A stretch of 64,000 nt of DNA from Callorhinchus milii. Lineage: Eukaryota. The position numbers were made by a program, and so were the translations under genes. This document shows positions 42,201 to 55,424 of this stretch, piece by piece. Under the pieces are notes generated by a model, which saw nothing but the letters and a program-made list of their open reading frames with translations, did not search any database and was not told the DNA's origin. The stretch covers positions 68,946,001-69,010,000 of the forward strand of contig NW_024704743.1 of assembly GCF_018977255.1 (NCBI RefSeq), written 5' to 3'. Positions within the stretch are counted from its first letter, which is position 1. Each line of letters begins with the position of its first letter.

Positions 42201-42572
42201 AAGTAACCTGTGGATAAACTGCATTGATTGATGAAATATTAAGAAAATGACAAGCGTTCAATGCTTTCTATAACAAACTATGTGTTTTTAGCTGATTGAA
42301 CTCCAGCAGTAACCCACCATACACTTTTAGGTCCCCAAGCCTTGACTCTTGCCAATCTGTACCTATAATCTGTACCTAATATTTCCAGACACAGAGAAAT
42401 ATTCATGTGTAATATATGTGTATATACATATGAGGAACTCTATGGTTTGTCTATTTCTAAGCACAGTGTTGGGTATTTGCATGTGTCAGACAACCACCAC
42501 CACTCCACCATCCCCCATCACTGTATCTCTAACATCTCATTTGTGGCTGGATGGAGTTGCTGAAAGCTTTGT

Positions 42573-42575
<3 letters not shown>

Positions 42576-42604
<29 letters not shown>

Positions 42605-42910
42605 CCTTGCATTTGATATAGCGCTTTTCACGTCGGGAGGACGTCCCAAAGCGCTTCACAGAACACACTGTAAAGTGAATTGACTGTATATTTGTGGGCG
42701 AACGCGGCAGCCAATTGCGCACAGCAATGTCCCACAAACAGTCGTAGATTGAAAATGACCAATTTATTATTGTTTTTGGTTTTGGAGGGATTATTATTAG
42801 GCTCTGTGTGGAGTAAGGAAACTTGCCCAGCGTTTCGCCCTCTGCCTGGAATTGAACTCAGGTCTCTCGCTTGCAAAGCGAGTGCTCTAACCACTGAGCT
42901 ACATGACTCC
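42576..42910 (-). mobile_element. Very young full-length SINE (CTCCC-loop subfamily)
   Basis: Intact CpGs, long (TAA)n, and a tail identical to the copy at 50590. Confidence 0.93.
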
Positions 42911-44544
42911 AGTTTACCTATTCTGAGGGAGTTTCAAGGTTAAGCTACAGATGAACTGATGGTGATAACCTATGCACCTGAACAGGACTATCTGACAGCT
43001 GATGATCAGATTTAAATCCATGGAGAAAATTCCTCTCCTTTTTATTGAGTCTTATTATCTAGTATAATTGTGTCATTAAAGGATAGAATACATGCTATCA
43101 CAAGTTGGATAAGTTTTGTTTGGGGGAAGATTAGACGAGAATGTCACAGTTCCTTTCACCCCTGACTATTCATTTAGTTGTGTAACAGATTAGCACCATT
43201 GGTCTTCTGCGCTGTATGTATGTATTGACTAGCTCATCCTAAATATTTATATAAACTGCTATCCTTGCACAATGAGAAAGCTGGGAAAGCTATTAATTCT
43301 CAACTAATATGAGAATACTAGAATATTAGTAATACTATGAGAATAGTAGAATATGTAGTATTACCAGTACCTTGGGATGTCCTCCCGATGTGAAAGGTAT
43401 TATACAAATGTAATCTTGTTGTTGCTATGAGTAATCAATCAGCAAGCCTTACACATGCAATGTAGGATATTAAAAGTCAGGTCTATTGTTAAACCCAGTT
43501 GGGATTAACATAATGGCAGCAACAAATTAATGGGAGGCATTTCTAGGAATAGATCATTTTTTGGTAACTGCTATAACAATCTGCTGCTGTAAGCAAATAC
43601 AGTATACCCAAGGCTTACCGGTCTCTGGGTAAAAAATTGTTGTAAAAAATTCCGCTGGCCAAATATTTTCACCTTTTATAGACTCCCACCAGCCCAAGTT
43701 TCCTAGAGCCACTCCAATGCCCCACTGAGCAATGTCACTGTGCTTGCTGGCCTTCACAGTGCCCAGGGATATCAACTTTGGCTTGGATTGTTTGAATCCC
43801 GTGAACAGAAAATAGTTTATTTGTTACCTTCTGTTCATAGGACTCAAACAATTACAATGCCAGTCCAGCATTTTTAATGGTGGATTTAAGTACACTCAAG
43901 AATGAAGGCTCATCCTGATTGCAAACAGGTAAGATGGACATTTAGGTCATGCAAATTACTATGTGGCAATTATATCAACAAATAAGATAGCAGGTAGCTA
44001 TAAATCAACAAAATAACACAGAAGGAAAATGAGAATTTGCAGATTTACAGTTCTTTTGGTTCATGTGAAATGTGGGGAGCTTGTTAAACATCAAACAATA
44101 ATACTAGTTTTACAACTGAACATTTACAAAGTTGTGTGACACTGGACAGTATTAGACTTGGAACTGATAAAAGTGTTACTGCAAAACTGTAAGAGATTTA
44201 GAAAATCAATTGTATTTTCTGAGAGTAAGTTTGTATCGCTTTCCCTGGACTGTTTGGCAAAGACTTTCAGCGGTGGGTGTGTACACAATCAGCATGATGC
44301 TGCCCATTGGGCACAACCTCTCTCATTGCTGACTCCATCTTCATGAAACTGCAGCGTAGTATAAGTAACAACAGCAACTACCGCTACACCAAACTCTTCA
44401 ACTGCCCCTGCCGACACTTCCCCTGCACCCACCCTGCCAGCGACACTCCTGCCTCAATTTTTTAAAAATGCCTATATTGGAAGAATACTGTTTGATGAAA
44501 AATAATTCAAACTGTCTTCAGATTCTTGAAAATTCTCTCATAAA

Positions 44545-44860
44545 TAGAGATCTGGGTTTGATTCCTGGCAGAGTGAAATGTTAGGCATGTTTCCTTACTC
44601 CACATGCCTGTTTACCTAACAGTTGTTAGTTGATCAGTGGATCACTTTTCTGGGGGTAATAATTCCTTCAAAAAAAAGATAATAATAATAAAATGGTCAC
44701 TCTAATCCACGACTGTTTGTGGGACACTGCTGTGCGCAATTGGCTGCCGCGTTTCACCCACAAATATACAGTCAATTCACTTTACAGTATATTCTGTGAA
44801 GCACTTTGAGACATCTCAAAGACGTGATAAGGAGCTATACCAAATGCAAGGATTATTATT
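44545..44860 (+). mobile_element. tRNA-derived SINE, 5'-truncated
   Basis: B-box remnant, partial central insert and family tail. Confidence 0.85.
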
Positions 44861-46049
44861 AGTATTAAGAAGGGGATATTTAAAGACCTGATTTTGAAGG
44901 CAGGGAGGAGTTGATGGCAGGGAGAGAAGCAAAGTGATTTTGGTCGAGTTCCAGCGAATGGGCCTTTAAAGAGATGATGGTGACTCCTGTGTTTCTCATT
45001 TCCACATGAGCTACAAGCAAACTACTGACGCAATTTGTTTTGCTACTCTGTTGATTAGAAAGACTGAGGATCTCTTTTAGCTATTGGTTATTACGTACAC
45101 ACACTCTTTTAGAGAAGACAAACACCGTATTCACCCGTGGTCATTCACCCGCTACTGCATGGAAAGTACAAACATCCACTTATCATTTCAAGGTCTTCTG
45201 TGGGAACTTGTCTGATTCATAGGTCACAGATGTAGAGCAATCTGGTTAACTGTGCACTGTCCCAGTTTTCGTATTAAAAACTTTTGGAACCTGCTTCTTT
45301 AACATTAAAAAAAATCAACTTATCAACAAAAAGAAATGTCATCAGATGGGAAGTGCAAGTGGCGGTTCTGATTCGAGAACCTACCATGTAGGAATAAAGT
45401 AAAATGTTTCTAATCTTTTGTCTTCATTCATTTGGGAAACAGCCAAGCTAGAGTTGCCATTTCGATAACACATAGGAGACAAACTTGCAGTGTACTGTGA
45501 TCCTAGGCCAAATATACTGACCTCAGTGTGCTTCTTTCAGCAGTTGTCTTATTTTATTACTCACTTTGATTTCCTTCAGTAGTCACAAATACAAAAAAAA
45601 TGTCAAAAGAGTCTCGAGACCGATTGTGGCTTGTTGAGTAGGGACTTTTCGCTGGCCTCTTTTTAACAACCAGTTAACTTTTATGTGAAAAGAGGAGTTT
45701 CTGGCCAACAAGCACCCATAGATAATTGTTCATTCAGCTCATGGTTGTGTGTGGATCATTGCTGTTCTCAAATTGTCTACCATGCTTGTCTACAAAATAC
45801 AAAATCATTATATTTTCCAATAAATTCTGTGAAGCACTTTGAGCTGTCTTCCTGACGTGAAAGGGACGACATCAATTCCTTGCAAGATGCTATCTGTGCT
45901 AGCATTAGACCCCTACCACTGGTAAAAATGTGTCCCAGTGTAGGGAGGGAGGCCAAGCAAATCTAAGCTAATACTACGTGTCCCTTGGCAATCTCTTCAA
46001 GGTGGCAGATAATGACTCTCACCTCTCAGGGGGAAATGGTAGATGGTAT

Positions 46050-46600
46050 AAGAAACAGAATGCTGGGCTGTTTTGCTAAATTAGTTGAGTTCCAATCCTC
46101 AGATGTCATACTCAAGTTGTCCAGTGCTCTGAACAGATCACACTTAGAGAATTGCAGAGAGTTCTGGTTGCTATAACATAAAGTGATTGCCCAGACCTTA
46201 AAGGCAGTGCAGAGGAGAACAATGAGGATGATCCCCAGTGTTAGAGGAATAAGTTATGAGCAATTAGACCAGCTAGGGCTCTGCAGTCTCAGACATCTCA
46301 GAGGGGACCTTATAGAGTTTTAATGGAATTGAAAATGTGAACCCAGAACAATACTTTAGGATGCACAAAGACAAGAAAACAGGGAACATAGAGAGAGAGT
46401 TGCAATTTCAGGATAGACACAGGATGTATTTCTTTACCCAGAGGGTAACTGACGATTGGTACAGGTACCAGTAAGAGTAGTTGAGGCCAGGACACCGGAC
46501 TCATTGATAAAACAACTAGATACTCTGATTGGAGGATGGTAAATGGGTACTGTGAAGGGATGAGATCAAATGGGTGAAGGGTCTTCTTCACCTGAACTAA
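46050..46600 (+). mobile_element. Old CR1 LINE 3' fragment
   Basis: NRMLGC..VILKLSSALNRSHLENC..FW followed by the degenerate CR1 ORF2 end. Confidence 0.75.
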
Positions 46601-47524
46601 TTTTATGAACCTAACAAAAAATATATAACGTATGTGATTTTGAAGACAGATCTTGACACATGTTAGGGATTGCCACTTGAACGAGGTTAGGGGAACACCG
46701 TTACTTGGGCATCTGTACCCCAGCCCGACCCCACAAAAAACTCAGATAGAGGATTATAATAATAATTCTTGATTTAATATTGCTCCTTTTTCATCAAGAG
46801 GATATCTAAAAGTGATTCACATGATTTACTGAAAAGTGTAGTGTCTGGGTATTTTGTAGGCAAATATGATTGAGGGATAAAGAAAATAATTCCTTGTCTG
46901 TCAAAACTGAATCTTTAAAGGTTGTTTAAATTCTAAATTGTCACGGGGTCTATTATTTGCCATCTGCAAACCATGTGTAAACATATTTATTAAAACACTC
47001 ATTTGTTTACCATGTGTAAAACATGCGTGCAAAGTGAATTACAGCTGTCCTTAATAACATAATTAATAACCAATACAAAGGACTGTCTGTGAGCTATATA
47101 GGCAATTCTTTAACCCCCAGCACCCTTGACTGTCCAGGCCTTGGGCCATCCTTCCGATGTGACAAGCTCCATATAAGTACATTTGGCTGATATATAAATC
47201 AGGGTACCCATATTTCTCTACATTCTGTACATTGTTTTACTAATGGTAGTACAATAGAACTATAGAAACTTACAGCAGAGGTGGCCATTGTGCTCGTGCT
47301 AGCTCTCTGGAAAAGCTAAGCATTTCATCCCATTCCCCTGACTTTTCCTCATACACCTTTTATATTTCTCCTTTCCAGACACAGTGGAGCCTGTTGTAAC
47401 AAAGTGATTGCAAACCTGCCTTATAACAGGGGCCATGACTGCCAGTGAACACTTCCTACACCCTTCCGGGGTGTGAGCCATCAACCAAGGTAAAAAATGG
47501 TCAACATATGCGACATTAGGCTTA

Positions 47525-47843
47525 GTGGAGTCCTGTAGCTCAGTGGTTAGAGCACTCGCTTTGCAAGCAAGAGACCTGAGTTCAATTCCAGGCAAGTCAG
47601 GGCGAAACCTTGGGCAAGTTTCCTTACTCCACACACCTAATAATAATTCCTCCAAAAAACTAAACAATAATAAATTGGTCATTTTCAATCCATGACTGTT
47701 TGTGGGACACTGCTGTGCGCAATTGGCTGCCGCGTTCGCCCACAAATATACAGTCAATTCACTTTACAGTATATTCTGTGAAGTGCTTTGGGACGTCTAG
47801 AAGACGTGAAAAGCGCTATATCAAACGCAAGGATTATTATTAT
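47525..47843 (+). mobile_element. Full-length tRNA-derived SINE (short form)
   Basis: Head GTGGAGTCCTGTAGCTCAGTGGTTAGAGC, family body and tail. Confidence 0.92.
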
Positions 47844-48297
47844 AGGCTGCATGGCTGCTTCCAAGAACTGATTCTGTCCTGATAACCCTAGTGACCCGAT
47901 AACCCAGAGAAAATCTGTCCACTGTATTTATCCAATTACTTCTTCAAAGTTAACATAGATCTGCTTCAACCATAGTTCCTCGGCATTCCATGTCCTAACA
48001 ACCAACTGTGTAAAACAAATTCTCCTTAACTTTGTGTTTTTTTACTTTAAATCTGAACTGTCTAAATAGTGGTTAACAATTAGTGGAAATAATGCACATT
48101 TATACATGGGACACAATGTACATTTGTTTGCACATGTCATATAACAAATCCCAACATGTTGTGGAATAATTAGCATTCATAAACTTTTGGGAGTAATATT
48201 GACTTTTGCCATACAAAATATGTGCAGTTATATGTATAGATATAGATAAAGGTATTTTGCTTTGAGAGGAGCAGAGAGAGAGACGGAGAGAACATTA

Positions 48298-48471
<174 letters not shown>

Positions 48472-50589
48472 TCAGATATAGATATACACAGAGTGTTAGA
48501 AGTATGAACCATTTCAACTTTATCAATCCTTAAGGGTCAATGAGGGTAACATCATTAAAGCCCAGGGCTTGTTCGAACAAGACTTCATGTGCTAGTTACC
48601 CTACCCCCCAATAGTTTGCATACAAAATACACAGTCAATACACTTTAAATAATTCTATTGAAACGCTTTGAGACTTCCTCCGACATGAAAGGCGTTATGC
48701 AAGGATTATTATTTATTATACAACTTTTCTCAATTTTATTTGTGGAGTTCTGAGTCTCTGAGTGAAGGGCGCTATATAAATGTAAATTGTTATTTTTGCA
48801 AACACACTAGTGTGATTTTATACATCTCACTTCCAGAATGCAACCTGTCTGTAATCATGGTTATATACAATAGCACACAAGTGATGCATGCTTAAAGGGT
48901 AGTGGTGCTTGTCAGTAGTCGGAGGGGTGGGGAATGAAGTATCTGAGCAGGGACTATGCTGCTTTGTTCGGATGTGTTGTTGAGTTAATTGCTACCCTTA
49001 TCTCATCTCTCCACCATTCCCTATAGTGGGTAGCCAGTCAAAATTATCTACAGTTTAAAAAAAAGGCTTCAAATTGAGACAAAATCCTGCACAATCTTAA
49101 ATTTTAGGAAAAAATAATCTTACGGGTTAAGAATAAGTGGACTTGTGGGTCTCCGAATGGAAGGTTGACTGAATGCTGGTCTGTAACAAAGGGTTTATTG
49201 CAAACTATTTCAAGTAATCTGAAGTAATGATTTCTAATGCAATTGCCAGCAGATCATAATACATGAAAGTGTCTGTGTAAACAGCTCTGATATAACTGTC
49301 ATCACAATGATAATGTCAGTTCATTGTCCAAGGCAAGGAAATGCTAATCAGACGGAGACAAATACTAAGGCAAGCAAAGATTTATAATGTATCAAACCCT
49401 TTTCTGTTCATACAGGTATTCTGCACCCCCTCTATGGAACTCCATCCTGGAGTTCCTCTGATTCCCTCCCTCCCTTCTTTCAAAATCTGTCTCAAGATCT
49501 TCCTCTTTGACCAGGCCTTTGGTCATCTTTCCCCTCCCCACCCCCAGCTTGGGTGCCAACCTAAGACTATCAAGCATCTTGGGATGCCCTTCCATCATAA
49601 AAGACATTGCATAAATGCAAGTTTACATTCCAATTCAATTCCAAATCTCAAGTAAACTTAAATGCAAATTCATGTTCCTGACAAATTTCTGACACAATGG
49701 CCCTCTACGTATCTGATTTAAATAGCAAAGAGTGCAAGCAAAGCAATGCCCAAACATCAACTGAAATAGTAACACATTGCAGAGTTGAATGGTTTTGAGT
49801 AATTATGTGGATTTATATTCAAGCATTTTCTGTTGTTTTCTTTAGATTAAATTACTGGCTGAATGATAAATATGCTGTGGCTCACAGATTTGCCAATTTA
49901 TTATCTTGCAGGAATCTTGCCCGATTCAAGCACAACATTGCTGGACAAAGTATTCTGTGTTGCCCAAGAAACTGTGCTCAGGATGTTATTACTAAAATAT
50001 TTAGATCCTAAAAAAGATTTCTGGAATTTGGCTTTGTGCAAAAAAAAGCTTATTAAAAATATCTCAGGAGCAGACTTTGATACAAGTCAGACTGTGCTAG
50101 TCCTTACCAGTGAGGGAAAAATGGGAATTAATAGATAGCATTTTACTCCCAACAATACACTGCTTATGCAAGTTCAAGATGGAAATCTACATTTTGGTTT
50201 GATTTTTTTAGCCTTCTCCTATCTCACAGAGGCATAGAAATTTCCAGCATAGAAGGTCATTTTGTCCATTTAGTCTGCACCTGCTCTCAGAGCAAGGTTC
50301 AATTTCAACATTCAAGCAACATTCAATCCCACTGCCCTGCCTTATCCCCATATCTCTTCAAGCCTCTTGGGGGATTCTTTGCTGGGGGAATTGGCCATGC
50401 TCCAATATCTCGCTGGCCTTTTTTGAGGCTAGACAGCGAGTGTCAGTAGGCTATGTAACCAGAGACATATCAGACAAGTGTAAGCTGTTCTCATCTGATG
50501 TTGGTATATTTTAACTTTTTGCAACAGGGTCACTGGTAATAATCCGGAATAGGACAACCTAATTGTTTGTTGACCTCCCTAGCCAGGAG

Positions 50590-50633
<44 letters not shown>

Positions 50634-50770
50634 CCTTGCATTTGATATAGCGCTTTTCACGTCGGGAGGACGTCCCAAAGCGCTTCACAGAACACACTGT
50701 AAAGTGAATTGACTGTATATTTGTGGGCGAACGCGGCAGCCAATTGCGCACAGCAATGTCCCACAAACAG
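50590..50770 (-). mobile_element. Very young 5'-truncated SINE
   Basis: About 140 nt identical to 42602-42741, with a long (TAA)n run. Confidence 0.92.
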
Positions 50771-51736
50771 ATCTTAACCCTGGTGGATTTGTCTGGATTT
50801 CACATTATAACGAGATCTACAAAGCACAGGCTATTGTCAGCACTCAATTGACCAAGAATTGGTGCAGTGAATGCAGATGCCACATATAACATTTTGTGTA
50901 TTTTGACTGTTTGCTAAACTGTGTAATGGATCTGTGTGTGGGGGGATCACTCAGTGGGGTCGGCTGATGTCAGGCCATGAGGCGTGCGGGTGGAGAAAAT
51001 GCGCTAACCAACCAGTTAGTCAGTGACACACACAGCTTCCTCTACCAACTGTGAGGAGACTCTACCAAATGGTCTTTCCTCGCTGAGAGGACCATCTGAT
51101 TGAGCTGATGGGAGTGGATTTGGGGTGTAAAGCTGTGAGCTAATCTGCGCCATCTCGCTTTGCTCTGAAGCTCAAGAAAGGTGGCCCTCGAGGGAGGCCT
51201 GAGGCTGAGACTACACGGCTGGGACAGAAAACTGAGTGGAGTATCTTTAGAGATTGTCAGACTGGGGTCCTCTCCTCCCCCCATCCTATGTGTGTGTGTC
51301 TCTGTGGTTAAATGTGAGAGTATGAGAGAGTGTGTGTTGGTTGTCTGTGGGTGAGAGTGTGAGAGAGTGTGTGTGTGAGTGTGCGTGTACATAAACTGAT
51401 CGATGAACCAAGTCTGACTCCGTGCCTGTCTGTGTCTAGCTGTTGCGCGAGCGGTCTGCTGTTACACTTTGATCGAAAACATCCAGAGGAAATAAGGCAT
51501 TTAATTCCTAAGAGTTTACAACCTTTAACAAGTATAAAGGGGAATAATTGTATAATTGCAATAATTCTTTAATGAGTACTTCTAGTTCTTCTGTGTTGAT
51601 TATTTTGGCAAGTTGACTGCTGCCTGGTTTAGATACTGTTAAACTGTGAGCATTGTGTGAAATTGTGATCTAAAGATGAATTGGAAAATGGCCCAGCTAT
51701 TCCAGCCAGTAACAACAAAGCCGGATGACTCCTTAC

Positions 51737-51850
51737 CCTTCTTCTCCTACAAATGTGACATACAGCTTGTTCCGCTGCAGATCTTTGCGTGAATAGGCCA
51801 TCACCTGGTTGAAGGTGCCTTCCAGCAAGTGGTCCCGGCGTATAATTAAC
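51737..51850 (-). CDS. HECW1: HECW1 coding exon (114 nt): [37 protein letters not shown](G)
   Basis: Acceptor ttcag|, donor |gtaagg; start of the HECT N-lobe. Confidence 0.96.
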
Positions 51851-53434
51851 CTGAAGAGAACAGAGTGGAGTTACAGGGGGAATAAAGCAGTGAGTGCTGC
51901 TAGATTGGCAATTGAATGCCGCAGGACTGCTTTTCTTTACAAACAGCTTTGGGATTGTAACTGAAACAACATGTCAGCTATTTTAGGAAACCCCATATTC
52001 TTTTTCTTGGAAAATGAATGCACATTTTTGAATAGGGTTTGCTCACTTGTAAAGAAGGCCTCTTTAAAGGTGCTGTCTTTTAGTGAAAAGTGCTTCGGGC
52101 TGCAATGTGCCATTTGCTCCCGACAAAGTGAAGCACAAATGTTTGCCAAACAATTTTCTCCCAAAGTTAATGCTCCCTTCAGACCTCATTCTCATGTCTG
52201 TCAATTAGTATCAACAAGCACGCAGGATCCTTTTTGGAACATTCTGATCACATATTTTGCAGAAGATCAGTATTGTTTCATTGTTTATTTCAAATCTGTT
52301 TTTCTAAACTAAATGAACACCAGACTGTCTTCCTGAAAAGATTATTAGGGGTTTGTTCTTTCATTTGTTTACCAAGACATCTGGGTTGACAATGAAATAC
52401 TACTAAAACACAAGGACACATTACTTATGTGTAATATCGCAAAGCAAAATGCTGGGTTTAATCAGTGTGTTTGGCACCTTGTCTTTCAGGGTACAACTTC
52501 AGACTGTATTTTTCTCAGATAGCTAGCTTCCTGGAGCATGTCTTTATAACACAGATAGACTCAATTCTTCTGAACTTAAGAAACCACCCAACAAAAAAGG
52601 AAAGTTGGGAAGTAAAGTATCACCACACCATTCCCTTGTCTACAAATCCACATTTTTTCTTCAGCCGGAACTCAGTGACTGGGCTGTCACCATCCTGCCT
52701 ATTCTATCTGGAACTCCCTCCTGGATTCCCCCTGCCTTGCCGTCACTCTCCCCACCTTTAAAGCTCATCTTCGGACCTTTCTTTTTGACTGCACATTTGG
52801 TCACCTCTCTCCACCACCTCCCCTTTTCCTCAGGTTCCTACCTGATTGTGTGAAATGCTTCCAGAGGTGCTTCTAAAGTGAAAGGCACTTTATAAATGTA
52901 AAACTATTGTAGTTGTTATCATTGAGACCAAAATCGTACCATTGTACACTGTTCTATGTGACATTGGCAGAACAATAGTCTGACAGCAATCAAGAACATT
53001 TAGTGATTTTTGCTTAGAATTACATTGCCAGATGACAGCCGCAGTCTTTCCTGCCTGAGAGGCTTGTCACTGTGTCTCAGCTAACCTTTCACATTCCCTA
53101 TTGTCACTGGGTCCTATAAGTGTCAGCTTTTCCTGTGGACACCAACAATGGGAAGTGACAATGATAGAAAGCCAAGTAGCGCTAAAAGTAAAGCAGGAGA
53201 GCGAGATAGAGACGCAAGTTGAAGAGGAAGGAAAAAGAGGAATAATACGAAAGTAAAAAAGAAGAGATCAAAAAGAATGCAGAGAAAAAAAATGAGTTTC
53301 ATTTAATCCTGGCTTCAAAATAGATCTTTAGCTAGTTTTACACCTGATCTGGCTGCGGCTGTGGGTCTTGTACTCAGGGTCTATGTATTTAATGTGCTAT
53401 GCTGTTGAGGGAATGCTAAACATATTATTCTTAC

Positions 53435-53555
53435 TTGATTTTTCCTGGACCTTGCCCATACCCTTTGGCCTCAAGTTTCCTGTAGAAGTTTCTCAGTTTT
53501 GCTTCGAAGTCTCTCCGGTACGGTGCGGGAGCCCTCGCACTGGCACGCTGCATAC
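53435..53555 (-). CDS. HECW1: HECW1 coding exon (121 nt): [39 protein letters not shown](K)
   Basis: Acceptor gacag|, donor |gtaaga; phase 1 to phase 2; contains the NEDD4-family pre-HECT helix motif [13 protein letters not shown]. Confidence 0.95.
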
Positions 53556-55314
53556 CTGTCACAGTAAAACAGTGTCAGCAAGGACATCCCTGTAAGATTC
53601 ACTGAGAACTGCAACACTTTATACAAACTTCTATAAGCTCACAGTTCAAGAAATACACCCCATCCTTCAGAATATCATAATAATATTCATTGCATTTGAT
53701 ATAGCACCTTAAACATTGAGGAGACATCGCAAAGCACTTCAAGGGATTTGACTGTAAAGTGCAGTGACTATTTTGTAGGCGAATTGTGACGAAAAGTATT
53801 ACATTCAAATATTTTTACTGATGTTGAGCAGGTGATTTTATCTGTTCCCCCAGTATTGTACAAGCATAATTTTATGCACAAAGTGATTTTGTGACTACAA
53901 TTCTACACAAATCTATCATCTCTTTTCTCAATTAAACAGAGTAAAATCTACTTGCTCTGATTTGGCACAGTTTCCTCATATTTCTTTCTTTGTTGTGAAT
54001 CTGGGAATAATGATACAGCTTTGGGAGGTGACTTGCTCTTCGTTATATTTTATTCTTGGAGAAAATGCCTGACCATTAATGCTGGGAAAGGAACACACCA
54101 AAGCTCAGGTGTACACAACCCAGTGGAGAGTTAAGAGTTCTCTCCACTCCACCCCAACAGTGTGTTTCACACTGTTCTTGTACATTAGACCTTTGTGTCT
54201 CCAAAGAGTCTGTGTCTGGAGGCAACTGTGTCCAGTCTATGTCTGGAGGCAAATTAATAAGTTATAATGGAAAATTTTCCCGACACCAAATCTTCCAGGA
54301 CCAGACTCAGAGTCAGATTCTCTGTTCTCTCTGGAGCGAGTGTTGAACTGAAAAGCCACAGCTCCAAGGTGAACAGCTGTTCACCCACAAACCTGGTTGC
54401 TGGACAGGTTTAGGTGCTCCGGGATGCTACCCCGCGTGTAGGGCGCTATATAAATGCAAGCTGTTGTTGTTATTGTTTAAATGGTGTAATGGAAAGAAGT
54501 AAAATACCCGGAACTCCCAAATCCAGGACTCCCTGTACATTACCAGACTCCGCATTCTTCAAAATAAAGAGGTTTCAGACCAACCTTCGAAAAGCAGAAT
54601 GTGCTGCAGCAGAGTGTCAGTTTTCATTTCCAACTTACCTCTCGGAGAGTCATATTACCAGTTTATACCAAGTTAGAGGCACTACTGTAGACTACCGAAG
54701 CAGCGTAATTTGTTCAAATTTGGTCAGAATTAACAGGGATTTGTCCCGCTAGACTGGATTTTAAACTCAGATCCCAGAGGGGAAAATACATTCACTGACA
54801 CTCTACCCTAACCAATCCTGTGAAACACTTTGAGACATCTTGGCGATGTGATAGGCGCTATATCAAATACACGGATCATTATTATAGTTTCTGTCTAGCA
54901 GCCCCTGTTGTCAAATCATCTCTCTTTTGTCTCAAAGCAGGTCTCAGATATTTTATTTGAGTGCGAGAAAAGAGAATTCTGTAACTTGAAGATGGGCTAG
55001 CAATAAGCTTCAAAACCCAAGATACATAATATAAAAAATAATAATTGTTGCATTTGATATAATCTGAGAAATACTAGCAGATGCTTCGAACAACTATGGT
55101 ATTACACTGGCACTGGGAACACTCTATCCCCTTCTTGAGGTTATAATGATTTTTACAGATATTGCAATGTAAAATCCTTTTGGAACGCTCTGAAACGTAC
55201 GCCAGCAACTCCCGTTACAAAAAACACAGGCAATCCTCACATCAGGATCAGATTTTACACAGTTTTAATTCCAAAAGCCAATTTGCACGGTTTATCCAGT
55301 TCAATACTGGTCAC

Positions 55315-55424
55315 CTGGGGAGTTCTGAGGTGAGGAGCCGGGCGAACAGCGGGGAGAGTAGCTGTAGCCAGGGTGAAATGAAGCAGGCGGTGGAACGTGG
55401 GACATAATCTCATCTTCAAAGAGG
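55315..55424 (-). CDS. HECW1: HECW1 coding exon (110 nt): [36 protein letters not shown](G)
   Basis: Acceptor tttcag|, donor |gtgacc; phase 2 to phase 1; Ser/Pro-rich linker of HECW proteins. Confidence 0.92.
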
